Shown: positions 29,414-43,200 of the stretch, one piece after another
Layout: each line of letters begins with the position of its first letter
Position numbering within the stretch: position 1 is the stretch's first letter
Origin: the human T2T-CHM13v2.0 reference genome, Homo sapiens
Reading direction: 5' to 3' (one strand)
DNA length: 64,000 bases
Assembly: GCF_009914755.1 (NCBI RefSeq)
Contig: NC_060925.1
Position numbers and translations under genes: made by a program
The notes under the pieces: generated by a model
The model's database searches: none
What the model saw: the letters and a program-made list of their open reading frames with translations, nothing else
What the model was told of the DNA's origin: nothing

Positions 29414-30959
29414 AAAACTTCTGGTTTAAAAAAGGCACTACATTCACAAAGTTCTCCAAAAGTGTGCTTATATTTAATTGTCTTAAATGATTGGATACTT
29501 TTCTCTATTATCAAAACATTCTTTTGTCCTGAAAACATAATCTTCTGAACCAACGAATACACCAAAAAGAAAATGGAAACTTATTTAATATTGTATTTGC
29601 CTAGAGACATATAAGCATAAAGAAATGAAGTGAACAACCTATAATATAACTTGATATGTGTCAAATTAAGAAATTCTGGCTTAAATAGAAAACATTTATT
29701 AAATTTGCATTACATTAACCCATTCCATTCTACTGGGTGAATCACTTGAATTCTCATGTCCACACTGAAGCAGTTTGCATAGCCTCAGATTTAGTTCCCA
29801 TTTTCTAACAGGGTGAATACAAAATGAATGCATCAAAATGCCTGGCAACATTATGTATTGAAAAAGAGGTGCCAAAATAGCATTATCTTAGATAAAATAA
29901 AGATATGGAAGCCAAATGGTTTTATTCTATCTTCACTACGTAGCACAGAACAGGGAATGTAGAGCTTGTCCCTGAGTAGATGAATGGTTTAATGATCGCA
30001 TGAGGAATGAGTCAACACATCAGTGTATTAGAATGTGAATAGGAAATAAACTTTCTAGAGAAAACTGAGAAAATGAAAGAGCGACTTTGTAGATAAATTG
30101 TAAAGTATTGAATATTTTGAGCTTCTTCTAGTTTCAGAGTTCTCTTCAAATTCTCTGGATATTTGACTATAATTCCCTTTAACCCTTCTCATCACTACAC
30201 ACACACTGATTTCGAATAACTTTTCATTCCTTCAAACAATTGGACAAATGTTTTCAAGTCAAAGTGAAAATTATGGAAATAAATCCTTGGCTCAGATAGC
30301 AATGTGTATTTTAAGGAGAGTTTCTTAAGAGACTGTATGAACTGTATGTGAATTTATTTGGAATTTACAATATGCCAGATAATGTACCCACCTTATCTCA
30401 TTCAATCTTCAGAAAAAGTTCTAAGAGAGCTCAGGTAATGTTACAGATGACCAAACCTGAGCAGGAGGAAAGTTATAAATACTATTTGAACCCTAAATTA
30501 TGTGAAAATCATGCTCTTTAAGTCAAATCACTGGTTATTTTGCATCCTCTATAGTTTTGTTATTTACAAATAGTAATTCTAATGAAAACATTTCAGTATG
30601 TAGCAAATAATAACTCATACTATCAGTACACCTTAGCAAAATCTGACATATTTGAATAGTTTATATTGAAGGAAGAAAAATGAATTCATTAAAGAAATTC
30701 TGTGATGCAGGGCTGATATGCAATAAAAATATATACTTTATATAATAATTTTGTATTGATGGACAAAAAGAACCTGGTCAAAATTATGTAATTATTGTTT
30801 CTTAATAAAGTTACATATGCTCACGACTTGATGTTATGCTCACGACGTGTTATTTATTGTTTACTTTGCTTAAAGATGAACTCCTAAAAGTGTTTTAATA
30901 TTTTCACAGCAATGAAGACAGAATAACATTAACCAATGTAAGAAAACATGATCTTAAGT

Positions 30960-31150
30960 AAAAGCAGTTGATATCATTACCTTACATTTGCAAAGCACTT
31001 TAAAGTTTTCTAGGCTCTTTCATACGCATTATGTCATTTGGCCCTTCAAAACCCTGTGAGTTTGCCAGAGAATATAAATTATTAACAAATTTCACAGGTG
31101 ATCAAGTTAAGGCTCAGAAAGATTAAGTATCTTGCCGAATAATACACATA
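30960..31150 (-). mobile_element. MIR SINE
   Basis: aaatttcacaggtgatcaagttaaggctcagaaagattaagtatcttgcc. Confidence 0.7.
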
Positions 31151-31553
31151 GTTTTATAGTGTCATTTATGTATTATTAAAGTCAACTTTCTTTCTGGATT
31201 TTCTGCTTTCTCTCTCTGAACAGCAGTGATTTTACTCTATGAGATTGAGTTTTATTAACTGTTCCCAGTTTGTCAACTGGCTTTAATTTCAAAATCAAAA
31301 GTGAACGGTTATCATAATATAATTCTCTGTAAAGGCTGTTAAAAGTCCTTCACATAAAATAGTATATTTCTAATACATAGAACCAAATATATTAAAAAAT
31401 GAACCAAAAAGAAAGCGACTGTTCTTTAATTTATGGAAGTGGTTAGAAAGTACATCCATGTCCTTCATCCACATTTTCTGAATCTTAGGATTAATTATTC
31501 CACATTTTCTTATTTTGTAGTAATAAAAAATATTTTTAAAGAATCAGAAACGT

Positions 31554-31978
<425 letters not shown>

Positions 31979-34250
31979 TCACATTAGGACGCAAGACACA
32001 GGCAGAGAAACGAATTCAAACTAAAGGAAAGCAATTGCTAGATACACTATTCTGAAATAAAGCAAAAACACACAATAATATTGTTCTATTATCCAATGTA
32101 ATCTTTCGGGATTCTGGATGTGGATTTAGGGATTTCATTAGCAATCACCCTTTACCACGCCAGACATGCTACAGCAACTGTGTAAGAACAGACAAGTAAC
32201 AAAATTAATCCAAATATATTCAGGTAATAAGACTGAAGATTAGTCAGCCACATCAATGTGTTATTTTCATCATGTTAACTGAGCAGAATGGTACAGAATG
32301 CTTAGTAATATTCAACAAATTCCTGGTGATTTATGATGTTGAAGCAGCCTGACTTTGCCATTTCTTCATTTGTATACTTAAAATATGACTTCCAAATTAT
32401 TATCTGCATTAGAAAGAGTCATGCATTTCTTCAGTCTAGCCAGATTAGATTGGAGCCGGTTTGGTAAAGTATGATCCATTAAGTACAGTAAAATTGCTCA
32501 TGTTACATTATGTACAGTTACAGCAGTGTAAATGTAGTGATTGTTACAGGATAATGGATATACAGGCTATCTCAGCTCTACCACTGATTCTTTGTGCTAC
32601 TAATTCTTAGACACAATACTCCACTGGCTACTTTCAGTCATCTCACTGAGAAATCAGCAAAGAATAATTTAAGAAGCTTCACAATAATCATTTATCTACC
32701 ATCATATTTTAATATTCTATGGACCATATTTCATAAGCTTAACACAAATCACATTATACTACTATTTCTAGAGCCTATATTTTCGTACTGCTGCAAGTGT
32801 CAGAACTATCTAGATGAATCTCCTGACAGATCAGATTTCAATCTCAAGTGATATAAAATAGAGTACATTTTAGTTTGACTTTTCATCTACTTATTTCTTA
32901 AGAACTTGATACAGCTTTTAGATGAACTGAGATACATTCTGTCCTGCTGTGACATATACCAGTTAATTTAAAATAGGCAAGCATTTGTATGCTGAGAACG
33001 CAGTTTTATCATTGTGGACAAGGAGTTTCTTCCAAAACAGCTAAAGATGCTCTTGTCTAATTTCTGTTAAGCAGGAAAAAATAAGTGTTACATGTAAACT
33101 CTAATAAAGCCCAAATAATTGACCTAACAGATGTTTTCTGAATTTCAAATAAATAATTATAAGATTATTTAATAATGAATTTAGTTACCTTTTATAACTA
33201 ATTCACTTCATTTAAAAGATTAAAAGTAAAGTGAGATCAGTATAAAATGTAAAGTTTCACTTGAATATAATTGAAGCTCTTTTTTGGTCAAGCTAGATGC
33301 CATATTACAACTGATCTTACGATATTTCTGTGTAACATATTAAGTGGATGTATGTCACAGCAGGACAGAATGTATGCCAGTTCATCTAAAAGTGTATTAA
33401 GTTATTGAAAAATAAGTAAGGGAAAAACCAAACTAAAAAGCACTCAATTTTATAGCAGTTGAAATTGAAATCTGGTCTATCAGGAGACTCTTACAGATCT
33501 GACTCTTGACATGGTATGAAAACACAGGCTTAGTAGAAATAGTAGTATAATGTGATTTGTGTCATATATTAGCCAGATTCCTTGATCAGAATCTCTTTGA
33601 TCATTATAGAATAAATTTCATAGAATCAGCAAAGCAATTTATTGATGAAAAATATGCATCCTGGATTATTTCTGCCATATAAGTCTGGGGGGAGCAGGGT
33701 ACACCTACAGGAGATGAGTGTCCTCCCAATTGGACATGAATGCCATTCCAGTTTACCACCTTACATAATAGATCATCAACTCCACCTCAGTATACATGGC
33801 ATCAAAAACACTAAATCCTTATACAGTCAGTCAATGATACTGACACTCCAACCTCTCTCCAGAGAGTATACGCTTTAAGGCACTGTTGTTATCCTTTTAT
33901 TTAGTAAATTATGAAAGAAAGAATCAACATTCAAGAAAAAACAATGTACCATTAAATTTATTTATTCAAACATGTAAACCCTAATTTATATAACATTTAA
34001 CATCAGGAAAAGAAATATATTAACATTAACTTAACCTCTTAATAATGTATGTAATGTTTTAAATTTTATGCCTTTGGTTTTCATTTAAAGCAAATATTGT
34101 ACCTAATAACTTAAAATAAAAGTTGAAACCTGTAACAAATTTATCTTGGAATATATCCATAATAAACAAAAAGTCAATATCACATGAACACCTAAAGCCC
34201 TGTATTATATACAAATTTATTACGTTGGCTGAGAAGAATTTCCAAACTAA

Positions 34251-34753
<503 letters not shown>

Positions 34754-35051
34754 TAAATTATTTTTTTTCAAAACGATTTTCCATGTAATTATGAATAATA
34801 TACAAAACATTTTATTGTTGTTGTTTTCAATTCTTGGCCTATAAAATAGGAGAATTGAACTATACTCTTTGTAAGGTCCCTTTCAGCTCTAAAAAGCTCC
34901 TTTTGAAGATCTTAACATAGTAAACATTAGAATAAGGACAATTCAGCTGATTAATTTAAAACACATGGGTCAGTGAGGATGGTTTGTATACTTTTTTACT
35001 TTTCTATATTTTTAAATGTATTAAACTCTTTTTTCTATCACATACATTATA

Positions 35052-35472
35052 CAATTAGTTTTCAACTGAGAACAATTTTGCCTTCCAGAGAATAAGTGGT
35101 GTTTATGGAGAATTTTGTTTGTCACATGGGCATTGAATAGGCTATCAACCACCAAGTATTAAGCTGTCAACCTCCAGATGTTAACCATCTTAGTTGGAAT
35201 GGTACAATATCAATACTGGGGGAGGCCTGAAGAAATCACTCACACTAAATCAGTGGTAAAGGATGTTATGAGGATCTCATCTCCAAGGGACATTTGGCCT
35301 TGTCTAAAGAAATTTTTTGTTGTAACAACCTGGAAGTGGGGGGAGTTGTTGCTAGTAGCATCTGGCAGGTAGAGACCAGCAATGCATGTGATAATGCATA
35401 GGACAGCCATCCACACTGAAGAATTATCTGGCCCATATTATCAATGTTGTAGTGCTGAGGTTTAAAAACCTT
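35052..35472 (+). mobile_element. MER20 hAT element (clear at 35275-35472; a second 5'-like piece at about 35052-35150)
   Basis: gggacatttggccttgtctaaagaaattttttgttgtaacaac...ataggacagcc...gaattatctggccc...agtgctgaggtttaaaaacc. Confidence 0.75.
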
Positions 35473-35478
35473 CTATCC

Positions 35479-35630
35479 AGCCAGGTGTGGTGGCTCTCGC
35501 CTGTAATCCCAGCACTTTGGGAGGCCAACACTGGAGTATTGCTTGAGTCCTGGAGTTCGAGACTATCCTGGGCAACACAGTAAGACCCTGTCTCTAAAAA
35601 TAATAATAGTAAATAAATAAATAATCAAAA
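35479..35630 (+). mobile_element. FLAM_C / Alu left monomer
   Basis: Single monomer with gcttgagtcctggagttcgaga followed by an A-rich tail. Confidence 0.88.
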
Positions 35631-36039
35631 AACTATCTAATAGAAGGAAACAGCATTATTTTATTTAGTATACTGCCTTTAAAGATAAATATAAATGCCT
35701 GTAGGTTAAAAAATATTACTATGGACACAGCATAGTTTAGAAAAACACACAAAAAAAGAATCTCATTGTCTTTGAATTTCTAGAACTGGATCTCCTTCAA
35801 AATCACAGTCTAATATTTTCCCTTCTTTTTTCTGGACCTTGTAAAGGTTATTTTACACATCTAACAAATTTAAAAAACAGAGTACACTCTTTTAAAAGTG
35901 ATACTGGCATTCTGTTTTACAAGCTGATCATTCTTGATGGAGGAGGTTTCAAGCAATTTCCCTTTAAGCATTTTCTTTTTAAAAAATGATGTGAATATCT
36001 CACTTTGGGAGAATAGAAACTGAGGATTACAAAGAATGT

Positions 36040-37225
36040 CATTTGTGCAATACATATTTATTGGGCACCTGTTGCTTTCCAGAATGATGGGAAGGAGCAG
36101 ACCATAAGAAGAACTGAAGAAATAAAGAGGGAAATGCTTCTATAAAGCATAAGGAAGAATAATTGGGCCATATCCTGATAAAAATATTTGACTCTTTATG
36201 GGTAAAGAGTAATGAATGAGAGAGGCAGAGAAAAATAAGACAAAGGAGGCAGAGAGAGGACAAAATCACCTAAGGCATGATGAGCAAGGTAAGGGAAACC
36301 ATTAGACTGTTTTAAGCAAGAAAATGGCAAGAATTGGTTTCTCTCTCTTTTTTTATTTCTTTTTCCTCTTTCTCCTTCCCTCTTCTTTTATTTCCCTTCC
36401 TTCTTTCCTATTTTACTTCTTTCTTTATTTATCCTTTGCTCTTTAATAGTTTCCTTCAGATTTCTGTAGCTGTTCAGAGAGAACAGATTAAAGATGTAAG
36501 AAATGATATTGACCAGGACTAGGTTACTAGTGGGGGAAATGGAGGGAAAAAGAAGTTAAACCATGCGTGTAGTACAAATATTAAGCCCATACTCCTTTGC
36601 TAGTCAATTAGATGTGAGAGTTATGGGAGGGTATGCCTCTGATATTTTTGGCCTGATCAACTAGATAAATATTATTGCCTGTCATTAAGATATGGAGACT
36701 GGGGGGAAAGGTGTTTTTGTTTTTTATTTTTTCTTTGGTAGAGGAAATTAAGTGTTATACTGTAAATATATAAAATAAAGGTTTCATTACAAATGTAAAG
36801 AAAGAGATAAAAAATATTTGGATATTAGAAGACAGTCTGAGGTCAGGTTATAAATTTGGATGTCATCAGTGTATAGACACAACGAGGTAATATTAAAATT
36901 ATAGAAACAGAAAGGTAGTATTTAAACCTATAGAGAATATAGGAATGTAAAAAAATAGAACATCTAAAGGCTTAAAGATCAGGAACAACACATAGAATAA
37001 GAAAAGAAGACTAAATCGTTTTAGAAGAAAAACTAATAAAATATGTTGTTTTAAAAAACAAGTGAAGCAATGTTTCCAGAAAGGGTATTTATTAACAAAG
37101 TGCAATGCAGCTAAAGGTAAAGTAGGGAGAGGACATTGAATACAGTAAGAGAAAATATGCTGATGACTCTAACAAGAGTTATTTCAGTAAAGTAATTGAG
37201 GCAAAAGTCCAACTAAAATACTTAG
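36040..37225 (-). mobile_element. L2 fragment with internal pyrimidine-rich tract
   Basis: atatttattgggcacctg...gactgttttaagcaag...tttttggcctgatcaactagat...aaatttggatgtcatcagtgtatag. Confidence 0.7.
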
Positions 37226-37227
37226 AC

Positions 37228-37790
37228 TGAAAAACTCAATATCGCAAAGATGTCAGTTTATGGATTTAATGCAATTCCAATTAAAATCCCAACAGTTTTT
37301 TAAAAGAAACTTGAAAGCTCATTTTAATATTTCCTAGAAAGGCAAAGGGTCAAAAAAAACCAAGACGACTCCTGATAAAGAAGCAAGGTAGGAAGATATT
37401 CCTTACCACATACCCAGACTCCTTTTAGTAATTAAGTAGGCATTTTATTGGTTTAAGGATAGATACACAAATCAGAAACACAGGAAATAGAGTCCAGAAA
37501 CATACCATACATTAATGAACCCTTTCTATATGACAGAGGTGGTACCCGGAAGCAACAGGAAAAGGATGGTCTTATCAATTGATAGAGGACAACGGGATAT
37601 TTATTAGGAAGAAAAAAGAAGGAAACTGAATACCTACCTCACCCCATAGAAATCAGGTATACTTAATACTTGAATGTGAAAATAAAAGTAAAGCTTTTAG
37701 AAGATAATAGGGCAGAATATATTTATAACCTTAGGATCATGAAACATTTCTTAAACAAGACAAGGAAAAAGCAATACACTAGAGTCTACA
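37228..37790 (+). mobile_element. Old L1 (L1ME-like) ORF2 3' fragment
   Basis: aactcaatatcgcaaagatgtcag...aatgcaattccaattaaaatcccaacag...aatagagtccagaaac...aagcttttagaagataatag. Confidence 0.8.
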
Positions 37791-38703
37791 AGGGAAAAGA
37801 AAGAAAATAATAGGCCACAATGCAAACAGTGATTCTCCTAATTGTCTTACTCTGTAAACTTTGTGTGAACAGTAGGCAACACTTAGAAATGTTTGTAACA
37901 GTTTGTGTAATTTTATATCTAGTAAATTGAATTTTTTTAAATTTGAAATAATAAAAGACTAATTGAAATGATAACTAAAGATGAAGGCTTTGAGGAAATA
38001 TGGTCTATATAACTAAGGTCTATTTTTCTCCCTCCTAACATTTCACTAAAATGACTGTAAGAATTTTAAAAAGTTATGTGTTTTACAAGGTGGAATAAAA
38101 AAGGTAGAGTGAAATAACAGGATACCTGATAAATATAAAAACACATTTTGAAATCTGGAATGCAGATATATTGAAAACCAGTTTAGAGAAGTGAAAGAAA
38201 GCTAAATCCTAAGAGCTTGAAAAGATGGATGTAGGAACAGCAAGTCAATTTGTTCACAGAAGGAACAGATATGAGGAGTGGAGCTAGGAAAAAAATCGAC
38301 GACTGAAATTCTGTTAATAGAGCTGTCAGACCCCAGCATCCTCCTTTCCTACCACACAGCCTCAGGCCACTACTTACTGTAACCTATGTTTGACATGCTT
38401 CTCCCATAGCCTACTTAAGCCATGAAATCTGGGATTGAATATTGGAAGAAATAGCACTGACAAGCTTCCTAACTTTGCAATACCTAAAATAGCAGAACTC
38501 AATAAAAAAAAAAGTACCTAACAGAAAAAGAGTAATAGGAAAGGTTAATAAGTATTGGGGAAGGGCTGTGGGACTGGATGAAGTTAATGGTATTACTTGG
38601 TAATAAAACATCTAAATATGTGAGATTTTAATTGTCATGTAAAATATAGATTATTATTTCTACAATCTTGTGATGAAGGAAATTTAAAAATCATATACTG
38701 TAA

Positions 38704-39103
<400 letters not shown>

Positions 39104-39116
39104 TATGTAGTACTTT

Positions 39117-39230
39117 AATTACTACTAGTATGCATTTTTTAAACCACACTATACATTTTTGGTAAAAATGTTAAAAAAATTTTGGTAAAAAATGCATAAT
39201 GTGGGTTAAAAGTGCATGGTAGTAGTAATT
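39117..39230. repeat. Imperfect inverted repeat, ~44-bp arms, 26-nt spacer
   Basis: Left arm aattactactagtatgcattttttaaaccacactatacattttt versus reverse complement of right arm aattactactaccatgcacttttaacccacattatgcatttttt. Confidence 0.85.
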
Positions 39231-39513
39231 TAAAAAATAAAAGTAATTTACAAAAAGAAAGAAGAAAGGGAGAGAGAGAAAGAAAATAGGAAGGAAGGCA
39301 GGCAAGCATATTCAATTTTACTGATAAAAATTAAATGAAATATTTTGCTTCATCACATTAATAAAATTTTTAAAAATCTCTTTATGTCAGCACACCGCTG
39401 AATGTGCAGTAATAACTTTTTAAAAGAACTTTTGGACACTGTGTTTTGGCATTGTAAATATTCAAATCCTTTTATAAACCAAATCTATTTCTGGGAACTT
39501 AACAGAAAGGAAG

Positions 39514-39590
39514 GTGTGCATGTGTGTGTCTGTGTGTGCACGTGCATGTGCGTGTGTGTGTGTATGTGCACCTGTGCGTGTGTTTTGTGT
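39514..39590 (+). repeat. (TG)n/(TGCA)-type alternating purine-pyrimidine tract
   Basis: Direct reading. Confidence 0.9.
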
Positions 39591-39704
39591 ATATTAACTA
39601 AAAATTAAAAGTTTCTTAAAGAACTATCCTAGGGGACTGATATAATTAGGCATTCTATATGCATGTGCAAAATATCATACAACTACTTAAAATGATGATG
39701 TCAC

Positions 39705-40153
39705 CTATAAAGGCTGCTCAATGATATCAGGCCCTAATCCTTTTAACTTGTAAATATTTCTTTAAAAGGAAAAAGTGTCTTTGCAGATATAATTAAGTAA
39801 AATATCTTTAAATGAAGATATTATTCTGAATTATCAAGGTGGGCTATAAATCAAATCACCATATACTTAGACAGCCAGACAGAAGAGAAGGCAATGTTAT
39901 CAAGGAGACAGAGATTGGAGGGATGTGGCCACCATCCATGTAATGCTAGCAGCCACCAGTAACTGGACTAAGCAAGGAATGGATTGTCTCCTAGAGTCTT
40001 CACAGGGAGCACAGTTCTGTCAACCCTTGATTTCAATCTAGTGTAACAGACTTTAGACATGTGGCCTTCGGTACTGTGACAGAATATATTTCTATTATTT
40101 TAAGCCACCAAGATTTTCGTACTATGTTACAGCAGCTGAGAGAAACTAACATA
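39705..40153 (+). mobile_element. MLT1 (C/D-like) MaLR LTR, inside an old L1ME 3' fragment
   Basis: ctttgcagatataattaag...gagattggagggatgtggccac...ttgtctcctagagtct...ttttaagccacc...gttacagcagc...aaactaacata. Confidence 0.85.
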
Positions 40154-40320
40154 CCATCTATATTCATTGACAAAGAAAAATGCCTATGTTATATTGTTAA
40201 TTTTAAAAGTCAATTTACAAATAATTTATGTTCAAAAATACTTATAAAACCACTGAAAAAATATGTTAACAGGAATTACACATAAATATTAAGATTATGG
40301 ATAATTTAAATTTAAAAAAT

Positions 40321-40442
40321 ATTTTATTTTATTTTTAGAGACCAGGTGTTGCTTTGCTGCCCAGGCTGGAGTGCAGTGGTGTGATCATAGGTTACAGCAG
40401 TCTTGAAGTCCTGGGCTCAGGCATGAGCCACCCTACCTGGCC
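40321..40442 (-). mobile_element. AluJ/FRAM-like element with large internal deletion
   Basis: Right-arm sequence jumps at ctgggctcag directly to gcatgagccacc...cctggcc. Confidence 0.8.
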
Positions 40443-40709
40443 TGATTTATTTTAATCTTTACGATGACCATGTTTTATTTTTCTGGTAAAAATCATGCTA
40501 TTTTCATTTTAAACAAAAAATAATATTTTTTACTATAGACAGCAAAATATTCCTATGTCTAATCATCTAGACTAAAGTGGCATAGTCAGAGTTTTCTGAG
40601 GGTATTGAGCCCAGTGAAGTGCCATGTGTACTCTGGTGCAGTTTTTTTTAAATTTTCATAATTAATAATATTTGAGGTTGAATAAATCACTGTGTTTTTT
40701 TTTTGTTGT

Positions 40710-41150
40710 TTATCAGTTAGAAATTACATTTGCCTGCTAATGTAAGAGATCCAAGCTTAGTGACTTCCATATGTTATAGGTTTATTTTTGTGTAAAATTA
40801 ATTTGAAAACAGGACATAAAGGGCTGGTATAGCCACTCTAGAGGTCACCAAGGAAACAACTGTTTTCTGTCTTTGTATTCTGCCATTCTTGTTGCATGGT
40901 TTCACTAACAAGGGCATTAGATTAGCATAAGGTATCTGTTGGGCCAATATTCTAGGAAAATAGAAAGAGGCAAATGGGAATATACTCCCAGTTGAGTCTT
41001 TGCTCTTTTAAAGAGTTGCATCCACCAATATCCATTTACATCTCACTGGGCAACCCAATCTGCAGCAAGGCAACAAATACAGTCTTACGAGTGACAGCAA
41101 TGTTACTAAGGCAGAGGGAGATTAATACTGGTTTGAAAAATGACAGTCTC
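40710..41150 (-). mobile_element. Old MLT1 (J/K/L-like) LTR
   Basis: tatcagttagaaattacatttgcctgc...tctgccattctt...catttacatctcactggg. Confidence 0.55.
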
Positions 41151-41978
41151 TCCCATACTCATGGAACTAACAACTAAAGATAGCTCTGAGAAGCATTCAA
41201 ATCAAGATAGAAGAGGAGCTGCTGTCATGACATTTGTTGCCAATCTTATACCTCTAGTAATCATAAATATTTGGTAAGATTTCTCTGTCTTGAGACTAAA
41301 GACAGACTCGGTCTGTTTCTATTCTTTACCCACTATAGACTATAAATAGATTAATTAACTATTTTAAGTGCTTAGTTAAAAATGTATTCAATTTGATTTA
41401 TATACATAAATTGCAGAGAATTGGACCTACATGTAAAACTTTTAATCAAAATTCATGTTGAATTTGTGATAAAGAGAACCCTGCCTCCCAACATCTATAT
41501 AGGACACAGCATCTTTCTTTTGCATCAACTGGCTGAGCAGTTCTCCTCTAACATAGCATCTGCAAGTTTGTTAAGTAAATAAAGTTTGTTAAGTAAATCT
41601 TGGTGAAGCACACGCCTACCTGAATTACTACCAATCAGGATATGAATTCATAACATGATCTCTACATAAGTGACTATATGTTGAAGAAGCATGATAAAAC
41701 AAGGATAAATATTGTGTAACTGAATTCCACTAATTTGCAAGCCTTCAACATATAAATTATATGGATTAATGATAAATATTTAATGGCTTCAATTCTAATT
41801 AAGCATGAATAGCAAAATAAAACCAAAAAAGCCCAAATAAATATTAAACAAACACATCAGGGAACAACTTTTATCTAAATATAATTGTTACTTTTTAAAG
41901 GATTACTAAACATATGTATATGAGCACTGTATAAATGAAAATCTAGATATAATATAATTCAGATTTTAAAAAATCTTC

Positions 41979-42270
41979 AGCTGGGCACAGTGGCTCCTGT
42001 CTGTAAACTCAAATAGGGATGCTGAGGTGGGAGGATTATGTGAGGCCAGGAGTTTGAGACCAGACTGAGCAATATAGCAAGACCCCTTATAGAAAAACAT
42101 TTTTTAATAATCAGCCAGGTATGGTGGCATGCACTTGCAATACCAGCTACTCAGGAGGCTGAGGTGGGAGGATCACTTGAGCTAAAGAGTTTGAGAATGC
42201 AGTGAGTGAACTATAACACCACCACTGTCCGCCAAGCTGGGTGACAGAGTAAGAACTCGTTTCTTAAATT
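41979..42270 (+). mobile_element. AluJ (diverged, tail lost)
   Basis: gaggtgggaggatcacttgag and caatatagcaagaccc are J-type features. Confidence 0.9.
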
Positions 42271-42696
42271 AATATACATACATATATTTGCATATATATT
42301 TTTAACAATGTTCCATGATATACACATTGTCTATGTTTATTTTACAGGTTTTCTTCTACTGTGTCTCAGCCACATTCAATATGTTCCTAAGTTAAAATAC
42401 ATTTTGGTCCCCCTTGAATGCCTTTTAAGTTGACATATGGCACACCACATGAAATCTTAATTAAGTGATGATTACCTTAATACACAAATCCATTAGGTTG
42501 TCTCAATAACTATAAACACCTTCAAAGGTTTATGTCATTAAATTATTTTTGCTTATTTCTCCTCCACACCCATATTAGGTAAATATTAATCATTATATAA
42601 GACAGAATTCTTAGCTCTGCTTGGATTATGCACAAATTGCTTTTTCTATATTTTTAAGTTGCCAAGTTTTCAATCTGTTGACTGACTAATAAACAT

Positions 42697-42710
42697 CCAC
42701 TAGATGGTAA
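42697..42710 (+). promoter_or_regulatory. Candidate CTCF motif
   Basis: ccactagatggtaa versus core consensus CCASYAGRKGGCRS; motif match only. Confidence 0.35.
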
Positions 42711-42999
42711 TAGTGCTTATATGACCCCCTTGCCACCACTTGCCCAAGAGCCCCATGAGAGAAAAAATGTGATTTATACTAGGCATAACTGCTGCCCCTA
42801 GAGGAGTTGCTAGCACATTGTGTGTGCTCAAGAAATAACCATGAACTTCAGCGGTTAAACTACACTTCAAAAACAGAAATAGAACATAGACTCATTAGCA
42901 TAGCATGAAAGGCTTTTATAGTGTAGTAGGTGTCCACAGATTTTCATAACAACCTATACTTCTAAGAATTTATGTCTCTAACATAAATGAGATAAGTAA

Positions 43000-43200
43000 T
43001 AATGATGTAAGCATTTATTCAGCATAAATATACCCTAGTCACCGTGAAGTGCCTTACACATATTATCCCATATTATCTAAATAATACTATCATAATCTAC
43101 TACTTGCAAATAAGTAAACAAAGGCTTAGAGACCATAAATTATTTTAATCCCAGGTTTTGCAGCTATTGACAGTATTACTCCAGAACCGGAGTCTTTAGC
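43000..43200 (-). mobile_element. MIR SINE (degraded)
   Basis: gcatttattcagc...aagtgccttacacatattatccc...aaacaaaggcttagaga. Confidence 0.6.
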
